Assembly: GCF_026210795.1 (NCBI RefSeq)
Contig: NC_089433.1
Location: forward strand, 5,394,001-5,458,000
DNA length: 64,000 nucleotides
Source of the DNA: Rhizophagus irregularis
Taxonomy: Eukaryota
Direction of reading: 5' to 3'
Made by a program: the position numbers and the translations under genes. The notes beneath the pieces are model-generated. The model saw only the letters and a program-made list of their open reading frames with translations. It was not told the DNA's origin and did no database searches. This document shows positions 24,673-39,193 of the stretch, in pieces. Each line of letters opens with the position of its first letter. Within the stretch, counting starts at the first letter, position 1.

Positions 24673-27600
24673 CCCCAATCATCAAATTCCATATGAAACG
24701 CCATCATCATCCCATCATCCATCAGCCATCAAAACAATAACAAAATTAACCGACCTTTGATTTTACCCTGAAACGAATAAATATTTATTTTATTAAACAA
24801 TGAGGAGCATTGATTGATTCTAAGGGGAATTTGAATTTTGTACCGTAAATTTGAATTTTGTACCGTACAAAAAAGTAAATAATTTTGATCATCCAACAAG
24901 AAACCTTAAAGGCTTAAACCTTCCTTAAACCTTTTTTTTTTTAAAAAGATTTACCAAGGGGATGATATCATGATATTAATGGATAGAATTTGCGGATTTC
25001 AAAAAAAAAAAAATTTCAAAAAAAAGTTTTGTTACCTTTTTAAGTTCATCGATTAAATGATTTACCGAAATTCTCATTCAATTTCTTTTGACGGATCATT
25101 CTTCCTAATAGGTAATATAAGTTAATTTTAAAAAAACCGTTTGACTATTTTTTTCTACCATAGAAATATTCATTGTAATTATTACAATCTCATGATTTTT
25201 TTTATTTTGGTTAAAAAAAAAATAATAAAGCAAAGCATACAATATGATAAATTTTATTGGAGTAAAATTTGTTGATGACTTGATGCATGTAATGTGAAAT
25301 CCTTTATTTATATAACAAAATGAAGGGCATAGGACATATGAAAAATAAAGAATGTAATTAGAAGATTTGGAAGGTTATTTAAAATTTTTGTAATTTTTGT
25401 ACATTTTAGAATATGTAGATTATAAAGAATGTGTATCATAATAAGAGATTTTTTTATTTTTTTCTTACAAATATACAAATAAGGTTATTTAAAATTATTT
25501 CGATTATTTGTTAATATTTTTTTATGCTTAAAAATTTCTGTATAAGCATGGAATCCATCCTAAATGTATGTTAATATGTCATGCATGTAATGTACATAAC
25601 CTAAGTTACAATTATGATATATTAATTTTTTTCGCGTGTTATGCTTGTTATGCTTGTGATAGCTTGTAACGCTTGTGATGCTTGTGCCGTTTTTTTCGTG
25701 GCAACTTAATGATCTCATTGAAGTCATTGAGGCACCATAATAACAGATCATCAATGATTAACCACGATTGGTTATTTAAAAATACTGCGAGAATCACGTA
25801 TATATATAAAATCACGATAATCACGTGTTTATACGTGGTTTACGTGGGATACGTGTTACGTGACTAAGTTACGTGTAATGTGTATCATAATTTAGAATTC
25901 GTAAAGAAGCTGAAATGGAAGCAATGATAATTGTTTTCCAGATTTGTATATCTATATAAGTATTCATTTAATTTCATATAATAATTATAGGTAAATGTTT
26001 CTTAAAAGTATCACACGTTTTTGTAACTTTCTAATTCAGTTATATGATAATGAAAAAAAAATCACGTTGAAACGCAGATGGTTTTAAATAGTAAATAAAT
26101 ATTCTTGTTTGTGATATTTTAAATATATACAAGGATTTAAATACTGTATTAGTGTATAGTGTTATATACACAAGTTACTGTAAAAAAACTAAAACTAAAA
26201 AAAAAAACGCCGCAAGTTTGAACCCCCTTTAATATATTTTTTTGTCAAAATTAAAATAAATAAAAAAATAAATAAATAAAATAAAGAAAAATAAAATATA
26301 AATTTGTTATAATTTTCCCGATTAATAATTATAAATAATAATAATAAAAAATTTTAAAACTCCGCCCCGACGCCCCCCCTTCATTTTTAAAAGGATTAAT
26401 AATCAAAATAACTTATATAACTTATATATACTTTTTTATATACTTTTTTTATATACTTTTTTTAATAAATCATCCCAGAAATCTTTTTTTTTATTTTAGT
26501 ATAAATCAAATTTTTTTTTTTTATTTATTTACCATAAATTTGATCATTCATTTGTTCGTTAGAAAAAAAAAAAAAAAATAGTAAGCCACTTTAAACCTTA
26601 TTAATTACCTTGGCGTTATTTTAGCCAATTTAAGTTGTAGAAAAATTTTTTTTTTTGTTTGATTTGTTTGATAGAATTTCTTGATTACAATCACGTTCTT
26701 AATTTGCGATTGTTATTGTTTTTTTTTTCACTTGATAAAAACTTGTTTGAATTGTTTGGATTATTTGGATCTACTTACCATACAAATTTTTTTTTTTATC
26801 ACGTTTAAAAGTTTAAAAAGAAATATATACATATATATATAAATATATATATATACGTATAAATAATACAAATAAATATACGGTAAATAATATAATAACA
26901 ATAATAATAATTATAATTATAATTATAAACAATAATGATGAATAATAATAATAAGAAAAAAAAAAGAAAAAGAGAAAGAAAATTTTACTTAATACAATTA
27001 TATAATAATTGAATTACGTTTTATGTATTATAATTGTATTATGTTTTTTTTTGTGAATTGTGATTTTGTTAATTCCGACTCCGACCCGTTCATATGAATT
27101 TAGGTATATAGAAAATTTAGAATACATTAATTTATTATCAATTTAAAGTAATTCAATCATCTGATCTTTTTTTTTCTTCCGAAGTTATCCGATTTGAACA
27201 ATAATTGTATGAAGAATGAAAAAAAAAAATAATAAATTTCTTGTTTAACGAATTTAATGGCGAATTATTTTTTAATGTATCAAATAATAATATTTTTAAT
27301 AAATTTTGTAAACAAAAAAGGATTCAACAAAAAGTAGATCAAATAACACTTTTATATGATATAATTGTAAGGATCGCGCGTAACTCTTTTAAAATAAAGA
27401 AATTTGTACCCAATACATTAAGCAAATCATCTTTACAAATGACGTAACGTATCACGTATTATATGAGCACACCTGATCATTTTATTTTAAAAACACCTCC
27501 TGAAAGGTTTTCAAAAAAATGACATGACAAATTGAACAAACAAGAATTTTTTTTAAAATTTTTTTTTTTTAAAAAAAAAAATTCTTATCATTCAATTAAT

Positions 27601-28520
27601 TTTTTAACGTTTTTTCTTTAAAAATTTTTTTTTTTATCTAATCCAAAATTTTCAAATATGCAATATTAAATTTTATATTTATATAATAAACTTTACACAA
27701 GGAAATTATGCGAACCAATAATTCAATAAATAATATAATAATAAACTAAAAAAGAAAAATTTAAAGTTTACTCATCATAATATATATATTTCGTCATCAA
27801 TTTATTTAATGTAACAAAAAAAAAAAAAAAAAAATATTCTTTTTTTTTAAAATAATAAAAAAAAAAATGGGACACATGCTTTTTCCTTTTTCTTTTCTAA
27901 TATATTTTTTTTTATAATTCGGAGATTAGCAAATTGTGTAACTTACAAATTTTTTTTTTTTTAAAATTTTTTATATGTTATATGCCTGCTTTTTTTAAAT
28001 TAACATATATAAATAAATAATAATAAAAACTTAAAAATGATATTTTGTTAAACTTAATAAAAAAAAAAAATTTTTTTTATATTATGTATTATAAAAAAAA
28101 AAAAATAATGTACTTAAAACTGACAACATAAATTAAACAATAAATACAACGTAAATTTACCCAAGTTTTTTTTTTTTTTTGTTTCAAAAAAAAAATTTTT
28201 TTTTAAATTTATTTTTTCCTTTACTTCCTTTTTTTGCTCTTTTTTTTTAATTATATAAAAAAAAGAAAAATATTAAAAAAATATTCATCATTAGGAATCA
28301 TTAAAGCAATAAATAAACAGGCGCATAAACCTGCTTTATCATTCTTTTTGGTTCATAAAGCAAAAAAAAAAAAAAAACTTATATATATCATATATATTTT
28401 TTTTGTATATTTTAGTTGTATTCTCTTTTTTTTAAAAAAAAATAAAAAAAAAAATCTTTTTTGGACGCTTTTTATTTTTCAAAGGTTTTTATTTAAAATA
28501 GAATATTTTTTTCTTTTGTC

Positions 28521-29861
28521 ATGGCAGAGCCTAAATTCAATGAGAAAAATGGAGTCGAACTTTCACCTGAACTTAAATCATCATTAGATTTAATACAGGA
28601 CGCAACATTGGTTCATGTTCATCATAATAATCATAATGAAATATTATCATTCTCACAACAATTAAATATAGCCTCACCTCATATGCCACCGCATCATTAT
28701 TTGGTAGATTCGGAAGATGAGATTGATGAGAGTGATGATGATGATGACTTAGATTATGAATTTGTAAATGATGATGATTATGATGATAGTGATATTGATG
28801 ATAACGATTTTAATGAAAAAATTAAATTGGAAGTTTTTAATAGACCTCCTTCAAGATTAGGTAGACCTTTATCAAATCCATATAAAAGACATAATAAAAG
28901 GAATGGTCCTTCAGTTGATAGAATAAAAATGGATAATGCTTTCTTAAGAAATCAAAATAGTAAATTAAGTCAAGAACTTGAACAATGTAGATTAACAATT
29001 CAAGCCCTTAAAAATATTGTTACTCAAAAAGATATCGCTTTACAAAATTCTCGTTCTGATTATCAAAAAGCAATTTTACAGGTTAGAGTATTAGAAACTT
29101 TGATTTTAAGTAAACATTCTAAAGATGGTAGTATTATCGTAAGAAGTGGTGGTATTGGTGGTAATAATTTACCTACAGTAACTTCTCTTTTACAAGAGAA
29201 AGAAATGATTTCTCTTTTTCAAGAGAAAGATTTAATATTACAAGAGAAATGTTTGGATAAACCGATTGATTCTATTGATTCTATTGATTCATTAGAATCT
29301 GATTCTCTTGAAAATACCATTATCACCTCACAAATTCCTCAAACAACTCAACCACCATCTTTAGAAACTCCTTCAGATTTTATAGGATCTTCGGATGATG
29401 ATGATGAAGATTTAATTCCACCTCCTCTTCCACCTAAAAGAGCGAATCGACATATTAGAAGATGGTCAATGGATTTTGGACCAAATAATCGTTTAGGTCA
29501 AGATGAAGAAGGATCAATACAAATGAATATGATTAATAGTAATATAACTCAAGCAACATCATCTGATGATAATACGATAATATCATCATCAGGTACCACA
29601 CCATCATCATCAACGCTAACTCCTATCAATAATGATCTACAACGCAACCTTCCTCGTATATTGAGACGTCGAACGGGTGATATAATTCAATCATTATCGT
29701 CATGTCGTTCTTCATCAACTAAAAATGGGTACGATCATTCACCACCAAGTACTCCTTTTAGTGATGATTCGAATGAAACGATCATAAATGAAAAATCGAC
29801 AAAGAAGAGAAAATCCGCTCAACAAAATTTATCGAAACTTCGTAAAATCTTTTTACGTTAA
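28521..29861 (+). CDS. Uncharacterised 446-aa single-exon protein: acidic tract, central coiled coil, disordered Ser/Thr-rich tail with PPPLPPKR
   Basis: Long uninterrupted ORF with coding-like composition inside extremely A/T-rich DNA. Heptad pattern at ~aa 135-200. Confidence 0.85.
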   Translation: MAEPKFNEKNGVELSPELKSSLDLIQDATLVHVHHNNHNEILSFSQQLNIASPHMPPHHYLVDSEDEIDESDDDDDLDYEFVNDDDYDDSDIDDNDFNEKIKLEVFNRPPSRLGRPLSNPYKRHNKRNGPSVDRIKMDNAFLRNQNSKLSQELEQCRLTIQALKNIVTQKDIALQNSRSDYQKAILQVRVLETLILSKHSKDGSIIVRSGGIGGNNLPTVTSLLQEKEMISLFQEKDLILQEKCLDKPIDSIDSIDSLESDSLENTIITSQIPQTTQPPSLETPSDFIGSSDDDDEDLIPPPLPPKRANRHIRRWSMDFGPNNRLGQDEEGSIQMNMINSNITQATSSDDNTIISSSGTTPSSSTLTPINNDLQRNLPRILRRRTGDIIQSLSSCRSSSTKNGYDHSPPSTPFSDDSNETIINEKSTKKRKSAQQNLSKLRKIFLR

Positions 29862-32800
29862 AATTTTCTTATTCGTTGGGGTGATTTTTAATCGAAATCG
29901 GGTCGGATTCTTTTATTACAAAATAGAGTCGTAAAAAAATCGTTTTTATTTTTTATTTTTTTTTTATATATTTTTTTTGTAAATAGTAATATATTTTTTT
30001 ATTAAAACACCTTTGTATACCTCTTTTTTGTAAGATTTTCTTTTCACCCTCGACATCATTTTGCACGCACGCACACTTTTTCACACAATTTTTACATTTT
30101 TTATACACAAAAAAAAAAAAAAAGAAATTAATAATTTTTAATAATAATTTTTTTTTTAGGAAATGATTATTACACAGTACTAATAATATATAATTTTCCC
30201 TCTCCCCCTCTCTTAAAAACAAATATAGATTTTTTTTTTATTATCATAAACAGATTTCAAAAAAAAAAAAACAATTTATCTTTTGTATAAATCATCAAAA
30301 CATTTCACACACAACAACACAACACACACAACCATACCCAAAAAACAACCACGATTTTTTAAATTTTTTTTTTGTGTATATATGTAGATATTTTATTATT
30401 CTATTGTTTTTTTTTTTATTTTTATTTTTATTTTATTTTTGTTTTTGTTTGTTTTTTTTTTTTACCCCCTCTTCCCTCTCCCCCCTCTCCTTTTTAGTTT
30501 AATTTTATGAAAATTTCATCATACAAGGAACATTAAGGATATGGTTAGCTAGAAAAAAAAATAATTATTTTTTTTCTTGGGATTAGAAATAATAATTATA
30601 TGGTAATTTAGGTAGGATAGATTAATGGGACAATTTTTTTTTTTTTCGGAATCGGATCTTATCGAGAAGGTTATAGTTAGTTAGTTATATGGAATCAAAG
30701 AGGTGTGCAAAGGAAATTGATTCGTTTATTTGGTTAAAAAACAGTTAAGATAGTAAGTTAGTAAGACGTAAGAAGTTAGTAGTTAGTAGTAAATAGTAGT
30801 AAATAGTAAGTAGTAACACACACATAACAATAAGAATATATTATATAATGTGAGTTGTAATAATGAAAAAAGGATAAATAATAATGAAGAAGAAAAAAGA
30901 AAAGAATTTTAATATAATTTTTTTTTTAAAAAAAAAAACTATTTTTATTTTCGGAAAATCCTATCTATTTTTTTTTTTCATTTCTAAATATCGATGTTTG
31001 TGTCGTTTGTGTCCTCGATTAAAATGACCTAAAAAAATGTGTGCTCGGAATGTATTGTTATATGTTATGTATATGTATGTCGGCATGTGTGTCGGATTAT
31101 TGTTTAATTACACACACATCATTACACTATATTACATACACTATTAAGTGATACACTCACAAAGTCCGTGAACTTTTTTTTTTTTATGAAAATAATAAAA
31201 AAAAAAGATAAGAAGTTATTTATTATATGATAAGATTTTTTTTATAATCCATTTATGGGTTGAATGCCCTTTTTTTAATATATGTATATATGTATATATG
31301 TATGAAAATATTGGGTGGGAATTTAGAATTTAATCAGGAATGTCTTTGGAATTTATGGAATTTTTTAAAGTTTTACTACATAATTACTATAATAACATAA
31401 CAAAAAAAAAAATATTATAACAAAGGATTTATTTCTTTGTAAAAAAAAAGATAAAAAAAAAATTTTTTAATGCAAGTAATAATAAATAAATCGTAAAAGG
31501 CTTATCATCCGTGAGATTATTATGGCGTGGGCATATTATGATGAATAATTTGGGCTTATGAAAAAAAAAAAATATAAATTTATACTTGTATTGTATATAA
31601 ACTTGTAACCATATTGTAAACATTTTTTTTAAAATTCCAAATTGAGAAGTTTAGAATTTTTTGTTTATCAAATTATATTTTTGAAATATTCCCATTCTAA
31701 TGGTTCCATTCTACTATTATTCTTTTACTATTCCTTTTTTTAATAACGTACAAAATTTTAAATAAGGTTTATATTTATGTCAATCAAATTTAACCAAATA
31801 CAATAACTTCATTGTGTTTTAAATAATTTGATTTTCAACAATAACACTTTTTTTTTGGTTGTTTTCAATGTTTCATTTTTTTATAAAAAAAGAATCTGAT
31901 AATTAATAATTTTTTTTTTTTTTTTTTTTTTGTGAAAAAGTTTCAGAAATTATTTGATTGGGTTTGATTGATGAATTTTCTTATTGTTCACAAAGAATAA
32001 ATATAAAGCAAACATGTAGTAAATATGGAGAATTTATTGGAGTAAAAAATATGGAGCAAATTATTGGAGTAAAAAAATATGGAGCAATTATTGGAGTAAA
32101 TATTCGAGTAAATATCTAGTAAATATTGAGAAAATATTTTTGAAGATACAATATATACAATAGATACTATACTGAGATACTGTAGATATATAGTAAATAG
32201 GGATGATCAAAAATGAAACTTATATGAAATACTTAAAAAAAATTCATTCGGGATAAAGAACGAGATAATGAACGAGATATTGAACGGGATTTATTATGAT
32301 ATAATTTATTGATGAGTAAAAATCGGGATATCATTTTTTTCCAAAAAAAAAAAATCTTCTGATTAGATAAAAAAGAATTTTTTTTTTTTTTTTTTGTAAC
32401 TGTGAAATGTAAATAAAATGTATATCTTTTTAAAAATAAAAGGTAATAACCATGTGATTATCGGTAATTTGCGTTATGACTAACATTGTAAATAATATTT
32501 ATTTTAATTTTTAGGTTTTCAAAGTTTACATTGAGAAATTTTTCAATTGTTTTTGAATAAAATCTTTTTATTCTATCATTCTTTCAATGAAAAAAAAAAA
32601 TTTAAGTTGAAAAATATTATGACAACGTTTTAAAAGTACAATTAATAATAAAATTAGTTAATGTTTGTAATAAAAAAATATTAATTTTTTTTTTTTTAAA
32701 AGAAACCTAAGTTAACGATATGTGTAATTAAGTGTAGTATAGTTATTCGTAGTAGTATGTGTAGTATTTGTATGTCACTGTAGTGTGTAGGGTTGATATG

Positions 32801-35800
32801 TGTAATTGTGCATTATATACAGTTACTAAGTGTTTAAACAGGTTTAAAATCCCGTCATTCAAGATTTTACCATGCAAGTATTTTGTAATCAGGGAACGAA
32901 AAAAAAAAAAAAGAGTCACACGATCCTTAAAATAAACCAGTTTTTCTAATTTTACTTTTTCTTTTACGAAATTCCGAATATTGAATATTATAAAAAAAAT
33001 TAAATTTTTTTTTTTTTTTTTTGTGATGAGTGAAAGAATTGATTTACCCACGCTTTAAATATATCGTGTTACTTGCACGTTTAGAAAAAAAAACACTTTT
33101 TTTTTAAATATTAAGGGGATACCATTGCGAATTTCCTTTATTAGATTACAATCGTCCAAACTTCCCTTTTTTTTTTCTTGATGGAAAATTATCCCGTGAT
33201 TTTTTATTATATAAGGAGTTAACATATTAAATGATATAAAATGATATAAATGATATAAATGATATAAATGATATTAAATGATATTAAATGTTTATTTTTT
33301 TTTATTTATAAATTTATTTATTTATTTATTTATTTTATTTATTAGTTTTTATTAGTTTTTATTTTTATTTTTATTTTTTTTTGTTATTTTTATTCTTTTT
33401 TTCATTTTTTTATTATTTATTTATTTATTTTTGGACGTAAAGAAAAAACTAAATAAAGCGAAAATAAATGTGGGGGAAATTGAAAAATTGAAAAAAGTAA
33501 ATAACGCGGGAGAAAAATAAAAAAAAAGGATGGATTTTTCATGCCATGTCATGTTATGTACAGTGTAAATGTGTAATAATAAATTAAAAAAACATCCGTG
33601 CGCAAAAAGATGTATTGTCATTTAAATGTATTGATGTCATTTATAAAATTTTTTTTTTTTTTAAATTAAAAAAATTATGTAAATTCATTGTTCTTATGAT
33701 TTATAAATCTTAAATTAATTGGTTCATATAGTTTATATAATTTTTTTTTCGTTTGATTAAAAAGTGTGAACAATTGTTGTGGTTTTATATTGTATTATCT
33801 GTTATATTATATATATAGTTATATACAGTATGATTATACTGTATGATTAAATATGGAATATATCTGATATGTAGTATGTACGGTATGGTTTTGGAATCGT
33901 AATAATATTATTAATATTATAATAAATTATGTAAATTAATAAATTTAAATAAATTTAATAAGTTTTTTTATTGTGTAAAATTAATGCTGCGCCATAACGC
34001 GCGTATGGAATTATATTATACCACTTGTTCCGGAACCAAATTACCCCGTGAATTCCGTAAATTTATACTGTTATTTTATATGAATACATGTCCAAAATTA
34101 TGTATTACTTAAAGTGAGGTAACTTTTATTGAATTTTACCCTAGACTTACTTAGACTTGTATAAAATTTTACTATAAATATATTGTTTCAGATCAGAGTT
34201 TACACGAAATACAAAATCGCAAATTATTAGAGATCTAGTGATCAGAATTTAATGAAATTTACATCATTCGATTCGTCTCATTAAGACAATTCTAATGATG
34301 GTAAGATCATGTCTTTACAATAGATATTGATGGAGATCGTCCCCATTTTCACGACTGATCATTGCACTTCAAACAGGTAAATAAATGAATTTACCTTATT
34401 TATATTACAAAGGATTTTATAAACTTATATTTAATTAATTTTTTTCCTTATTTGAATTTTGATTTTTTACTTTAACATAAAGTTTATACATTTTAAATAT
34501 TTTTTCACACAAAGAAAAATGGGATCCGATTTTACTTTAACATAAAATTTTTACATTTTAAATATTTTTAAATATTTAAAATACAAAGAAAAATAAGAAA
34601 AACTCAAAAAGTCTAAATAAATTAAAAATAAACCCAGTATACTGACTATTAACTTTAAAATACAATGATATTTGGTATAAGATTCATAAAAAAATCTTTA
34701 TTTTATAAATTTATTTTTGATCATAAAAGATCTAAAAGATTTAAACTAGTAAACCTTTTTTTAATATAAAATTTTACAAAATTTTCAAGATGTTTTACAA
34801 ATGGTTTCCATTACTGGTACCTATACTGATACTTCTGACTGATTAGAATGGTCACTGCTTTAATTGAGCAATAGAAGTTACAAAATTATAAATACATTAT
34901 TTATTTTCCAACTATAACCAAGTCCTTATTTTGCACAACTCCAATTCATAGTCAAAGAGAAATATGATGCTTAATTGCCTGTGAAATAAGGATTGCACAT
35001 CTCAACTTCATGCCCACCAAAAAGCAATGCCAAAACAAATGGAATTCTCTCAAATCAGAGTGACATAAAATTCCTTTTGAAATGTTTTTTCAAAAGTTTT
35101 TGGATTTTATCACAGACAATGTTAATAATAAGATGTACTGGTAAATTTTTTTTAATGGTTTGTAAAAAAAAATAATAAAAGTAAAGCTGAAAAAAAGAAA
35201 AAAACTTGTTCTTTTTTTCTACTAATGACTCTTTACCAAACAATTACTATATTATCATTTGGATAGAAAATAAAAAAACAAAAAACTAAAGTATAAAAAA
35301 AAATGATAACAAATTCTAAACAAAATAAATAAATAATGGTAGTATTAGTATTTAATAGTTAAATATAGTATTAAAGAAAAATTTTTACTTTCTATTAGTA
35401 AAATAAAATTTTTTAAATTTTTTTTGTTTTCATTAATTTTGGGAATTATAAAATACCATAGAACCAAAGAATTTAGGTCATTTATGACTTACAATGAAAG
35501 TTCTTTTCAAACGGCCATCAAGATGTTGATACCACCTGAATATCATATGTCAGAAGTGCAATTAGTCATTAATAGAAGTAAAAAAAAAGGCGATGGTAAA
35601 TTCCAGTTGTCATATTATCATTTGAATAGAAATCAAAAAAAAAACACAAGAAATTAAAGTATAAAAATAAAAGTGATAACAAAATTTTAAAAAAAACAAT
35701 AATAAGCAATTATCAAATATTTTTATACTTATATAAAAAGAAATTATAAAGTATAGTTATTTAATAGAGAATAATTATAGTAAAATAATATTATTATAAA

Positions 35801-36020
35801 GAATCTCTTAATAATTCAAAATTAATATATTAGTATTATTTAATAGTTAAATACAATATTAAAGAAAAATTTTTACTTTTTATTAGTAAAATAAAAATTT
35901 AAAATTTTTTTTTTTTTTTAAGCAGTTATCATATTATTATTTGGATAAAAAATTAAAGTATAAAAAAAATGATAACAAAATTTTTTAAAAAAAAATAAAT
36001 AGTGAAATAATAATTGTTAA

Positions 36021-36760
36021 TTCGTAATCCATGTACCAATCGGACCACCCTTAAATCTGCATTTCCAATATAGGAATATCCACCAATTTTTAATCGAATA
36101 AATTGAAATTTTTAATGAAAAAACTTTGACATTTGCTTTATTTTATTAAAGTATCAAAAATAATTCTTAAAAAAGTCAAACTTTCACCAATAAACTTTAA
36201 ATTTCTTCAAATCGTAATTTGTGTAACCATCGACATAAAACCGAAATTTTTTTTCACTTAATAATTTGAAAATAAATGCTTTAAATATGTTTAGAACTAA
36301 TATTTTAAGATAAAATTACCATTTTTAAATTCCTAAAGATTGATTTATAAAAGTTTCATATAGGCATTAAAAATGGGAAAATGGATTATTGTTAGTTAAC
36401 CTTAAAATAGGAAATATTTTTACATTTATTATATCATTTTTTTTTTAATATTCTATTAATATATGTCCAAAGTATATATGTGTGAATTTTGAGACTTCTT
36501 GCTAGTACTTTTATTAGAAAAAAAAATGATAAATAATTTTTACTAAAATTTCGCTAATTGATGATATTTAAAAGCAATTTGCAAAATTTTGAGTTTTGAA
36601 ATACTTAAATTTATATTTTTACAAAATAGATTTAATCTCTAAGTTTTTTTTAAAAAAAAAATTTAATTGGTTTGGCTAAAAATTGACCGACTTTACTTTT
36701 TTTGGAAGTGGAGATTTGATTTTACCAATCACTAGATCTGATTCATTCGTGAATCGGCAA
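36021..36760. mobile_element. TTAA-flanked non-autonomous element with degenerate TIRs
   Basis: TTAA at 36017-36020 and 36761-36764. The empty site AATTGTTAAACATTTT is present in sister repeats (~38040, ~38680). Confidence 0.7.
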
Positions 36761-36890
36761 TTAAACATTTTTATACTTATATAAAAAAAAAAATTATATA
36801 TATTTTTCATTGAAAATAAAAGTATAATTAATTTAATAAGAAATTTTTAAATTATAAAAATAAATATTTCTTAATAATTTAAAATTAATA

Positions 36891-37073
36891 CAGCCAAACC
36901 TTTATATAACAATATATTGGGACATATATAAAATTTTTAGAAAATATTATTATATCAAAGTTATACCGATATTTATATGTCCTCACATATAGTGGAAAAA
37001 TAGAATTTTATCAGTATATTAAATTTTTAATAGTATATCGATATATCAAATATTAGTATATTGAAATTAGACT
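36891..37073. mobile_element. Degenerate pogo-like MITE; a second copy (38811..43696) is the target of the hAT insertion
   Basis: TA-CAGCCAAACCTTTATATAAC ... TATATTGAAATTAGACTG-TA. A paralogous copy is split by the hAT. Confidence 0.6.
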
Positions 37074-37091
37074 GTATATAATATTATTTAA

Positions 37092-37871
37092 TTGCTAATT
37101 CGGTTAAGATCAGCAGTGTCCTACTATGTAAAATTGGGGAAATTGGTGCAAATAATAAAAATAATTATCATATGATCTAATAATCCAATTTTGATGAACT
37201 TTTTTTTGTTCTGTAAGTCTGGATTACCTTTATAAAATAAAAATAATTTCATTGAAATTGGACCATTAGGTTGTGAGATAATCACAAAAACATATTTTAC
37301 CGACAACGATCAGATTCCATTAATAACAAAGCAGACAATTATCTCTGATTCAGTGATCCAATTTCGATAAACTTTTTTTTGTTATTTAGATCTCAATAAT
37401 CTCTACATAATAAAAAAATTTTGTCAAAATTAGCTCTATATCGTGAGATAATTGCGAAAACATATTTTGCCGGACGATTTTTAGATTCACTGATATGGCA
37501 AAATATATCTTTGTGATTATCTTCCGATCTAGCAGTCCAATATTGACAAACTTTTTTTTATTGTGAAGAAGAGGTTAAGACCTAAAAGACAAAAAAAAAT
37601 TATTGAAATTGGATCACTGAATTAGGAATCAATTCTTTTTTTATGATTTACTAAAATTTAGTTATAATAATAATATGAAATACTTTTTCACGATTTTCTT
37701 ATAATTTAGTATTTCAATTTCAATAAATTTTTTATTTTATTGAGGAAATCAAGATCTATAAAACAAAAAAAAGTTCATTGAAATTGGATCATTGGATCAA
37801 GAGATAATTATTTTCTTTTTTTGCCCCGATTTTACATAGTAAGACACTGCTGATCTTAACCAAATTAGCAA
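37092..37871. mobile_element. TTAA-flanked foldback MITE with ~50-bp TIRs and ~4 internal inverted modules
   Basis: TIR TTGCTAATTCGGTTAAGATCAGCAGTGTCCTACTATGTAAAATTGGGG. TTAA on both sides. The empty site TATTATTTAATAGTATTAAAG is at ~43705. Confidence 0.9.
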
Positions 37872-38296
37872 TTAATAGTATTAAAGAAAATTATTAGTAA
37901 AATAAAATTTTTTTGATTTTTTTTTTAATTTTTTAAGCAGTTGTCATATTATTATTTGGATAAAAAATGAAAAAAAATGAAAAATTAAAGTATAAAAAAA
38001 TGATAACAAAATTCTAAAAAAAAATAAATAGTAAAGTAATTGTTAAACATTTTTATATTTATTGTCTGAAACGTAGCGTAGGATATTAACAGTTAGACAC
38101 ATTGTAATGCAAGATATATCTGTCCGCACACATGATTAACCAATAAGATGTATTATATATTATTATTACATGATCAGATTTTTGGTTAAATGAGTGTTTC
38201 AAATATTACAACAGATCCCATTACCTAATATATAAAAAAAATTATATATATTTTTTATTAAAAAGAATAGTTATTTAATAAAAAATTTTTAAATTA

Positions 38297-38416
38297 CACA
38301 GGTTGAAAAGTGAAAAATCAGGCATCAATCAGGCACCAATCGGTTACCAATCAGTCACCAATCAGCTACCTGATTGATGACCGATTGGTGCCTGATTTTT
38401 CACTTTTCGATCTGTA
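38297..38416. mobile_element. Short palindromic MITE; a related end lies at ~56590-56668
   Basis: ACAGGTTGAAAAGTGAAAAATCAGGCA / TGCCTGATTTTTCACTTTTCGATCTGT, with internal CCAATC(A/G)G repeats. Confidence 0.75.
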
Positions 38417-39193
38417 TTAATTATAAAATAATTATAGTAAAATAATATTATTATAAAGAATTTTTTAATAATTTAAAATTAATATATAGTATTATTTAAT
38501 AGTTAAATATAGTATTAAAGAAAAATTTTTACTTTTTATTAGTAAAATAAAAATTTAAAAATTTTTTTTTTTTAAGCAGTTATCATATTATTATTTGGAT
38601 AAAAAATGAAAAAAAATGAAAAATTAAAGTATAAAAAAAATGATAACAAAATTTTAAAAAAAAATAAATAGTAAAGTAATTGTTAAACATTTTTATACTT
38701 ATATAAAAAAAAAATTATATATATTTTCATTGAAAATAAAAGTATAATTAATTTAATAAGAAATTTTTAAATTATAAAAATAAATATTTCTTAATAATTT
38801 AAAATTAATATAGCCAAACCTTTATATTATACTTCCCAGCGAAATTAATTTAATTACGTCATTATACCTGACGTAATAAGCCGTAATAATTACGGTTTTA
38901 AATTTTAAAATGCCGATATGCCGTAATTAAATTAACCTGTCAAATTAATTACGGCAGTAAAATTTAAATTATATTAAAATAGGAAATAGATCAACTAATA
39001 AACACATGATTTAACATGAGTATATTAAATGAACGTAGTATATAATCATGTGTTATATTTCTTAAATTTTTTTTAAAATATTTCTTTGTCTTAAAAAATG
39101 CCAAATTTAAAATATTTTCTAACGCGTGTACCAATTAAACATTCTGATATAAAATAATACATTTTTTTATATATATTTTATACACTAATTATA

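Larger units (their letters stand above)
35240..38810. repeat. A/T-rich ~300-bp-unit repeat array interrupted by insertions; continues at 43534-44170
   Basis: The block CATATTATCATTTGGATAAAAA...AATTAAAGTATAAAAAAAATGATAACAAAATT recurs near 35250, 35610, 35930, 37945, 38585 and 43960. 35380-35830 is nearly duplicated at 43720-44170. Confidence 0.8.

Noticed and set aside
21815..33621. Short ORFs such as 21815, 21973, 25560, 27241, 28234, 29953, 31429, 32743 and 33421
   Set aside because: They are low-complexity F/K/I/L translations of homopolymer or minisatellite DNA with no motifs.
38063..38230. ~170-bp insertion in the A/T array
   Set aside because: It appears inserted relative to sister units, but no TIR, TSD or tail could be identified, so it cannot be classified.
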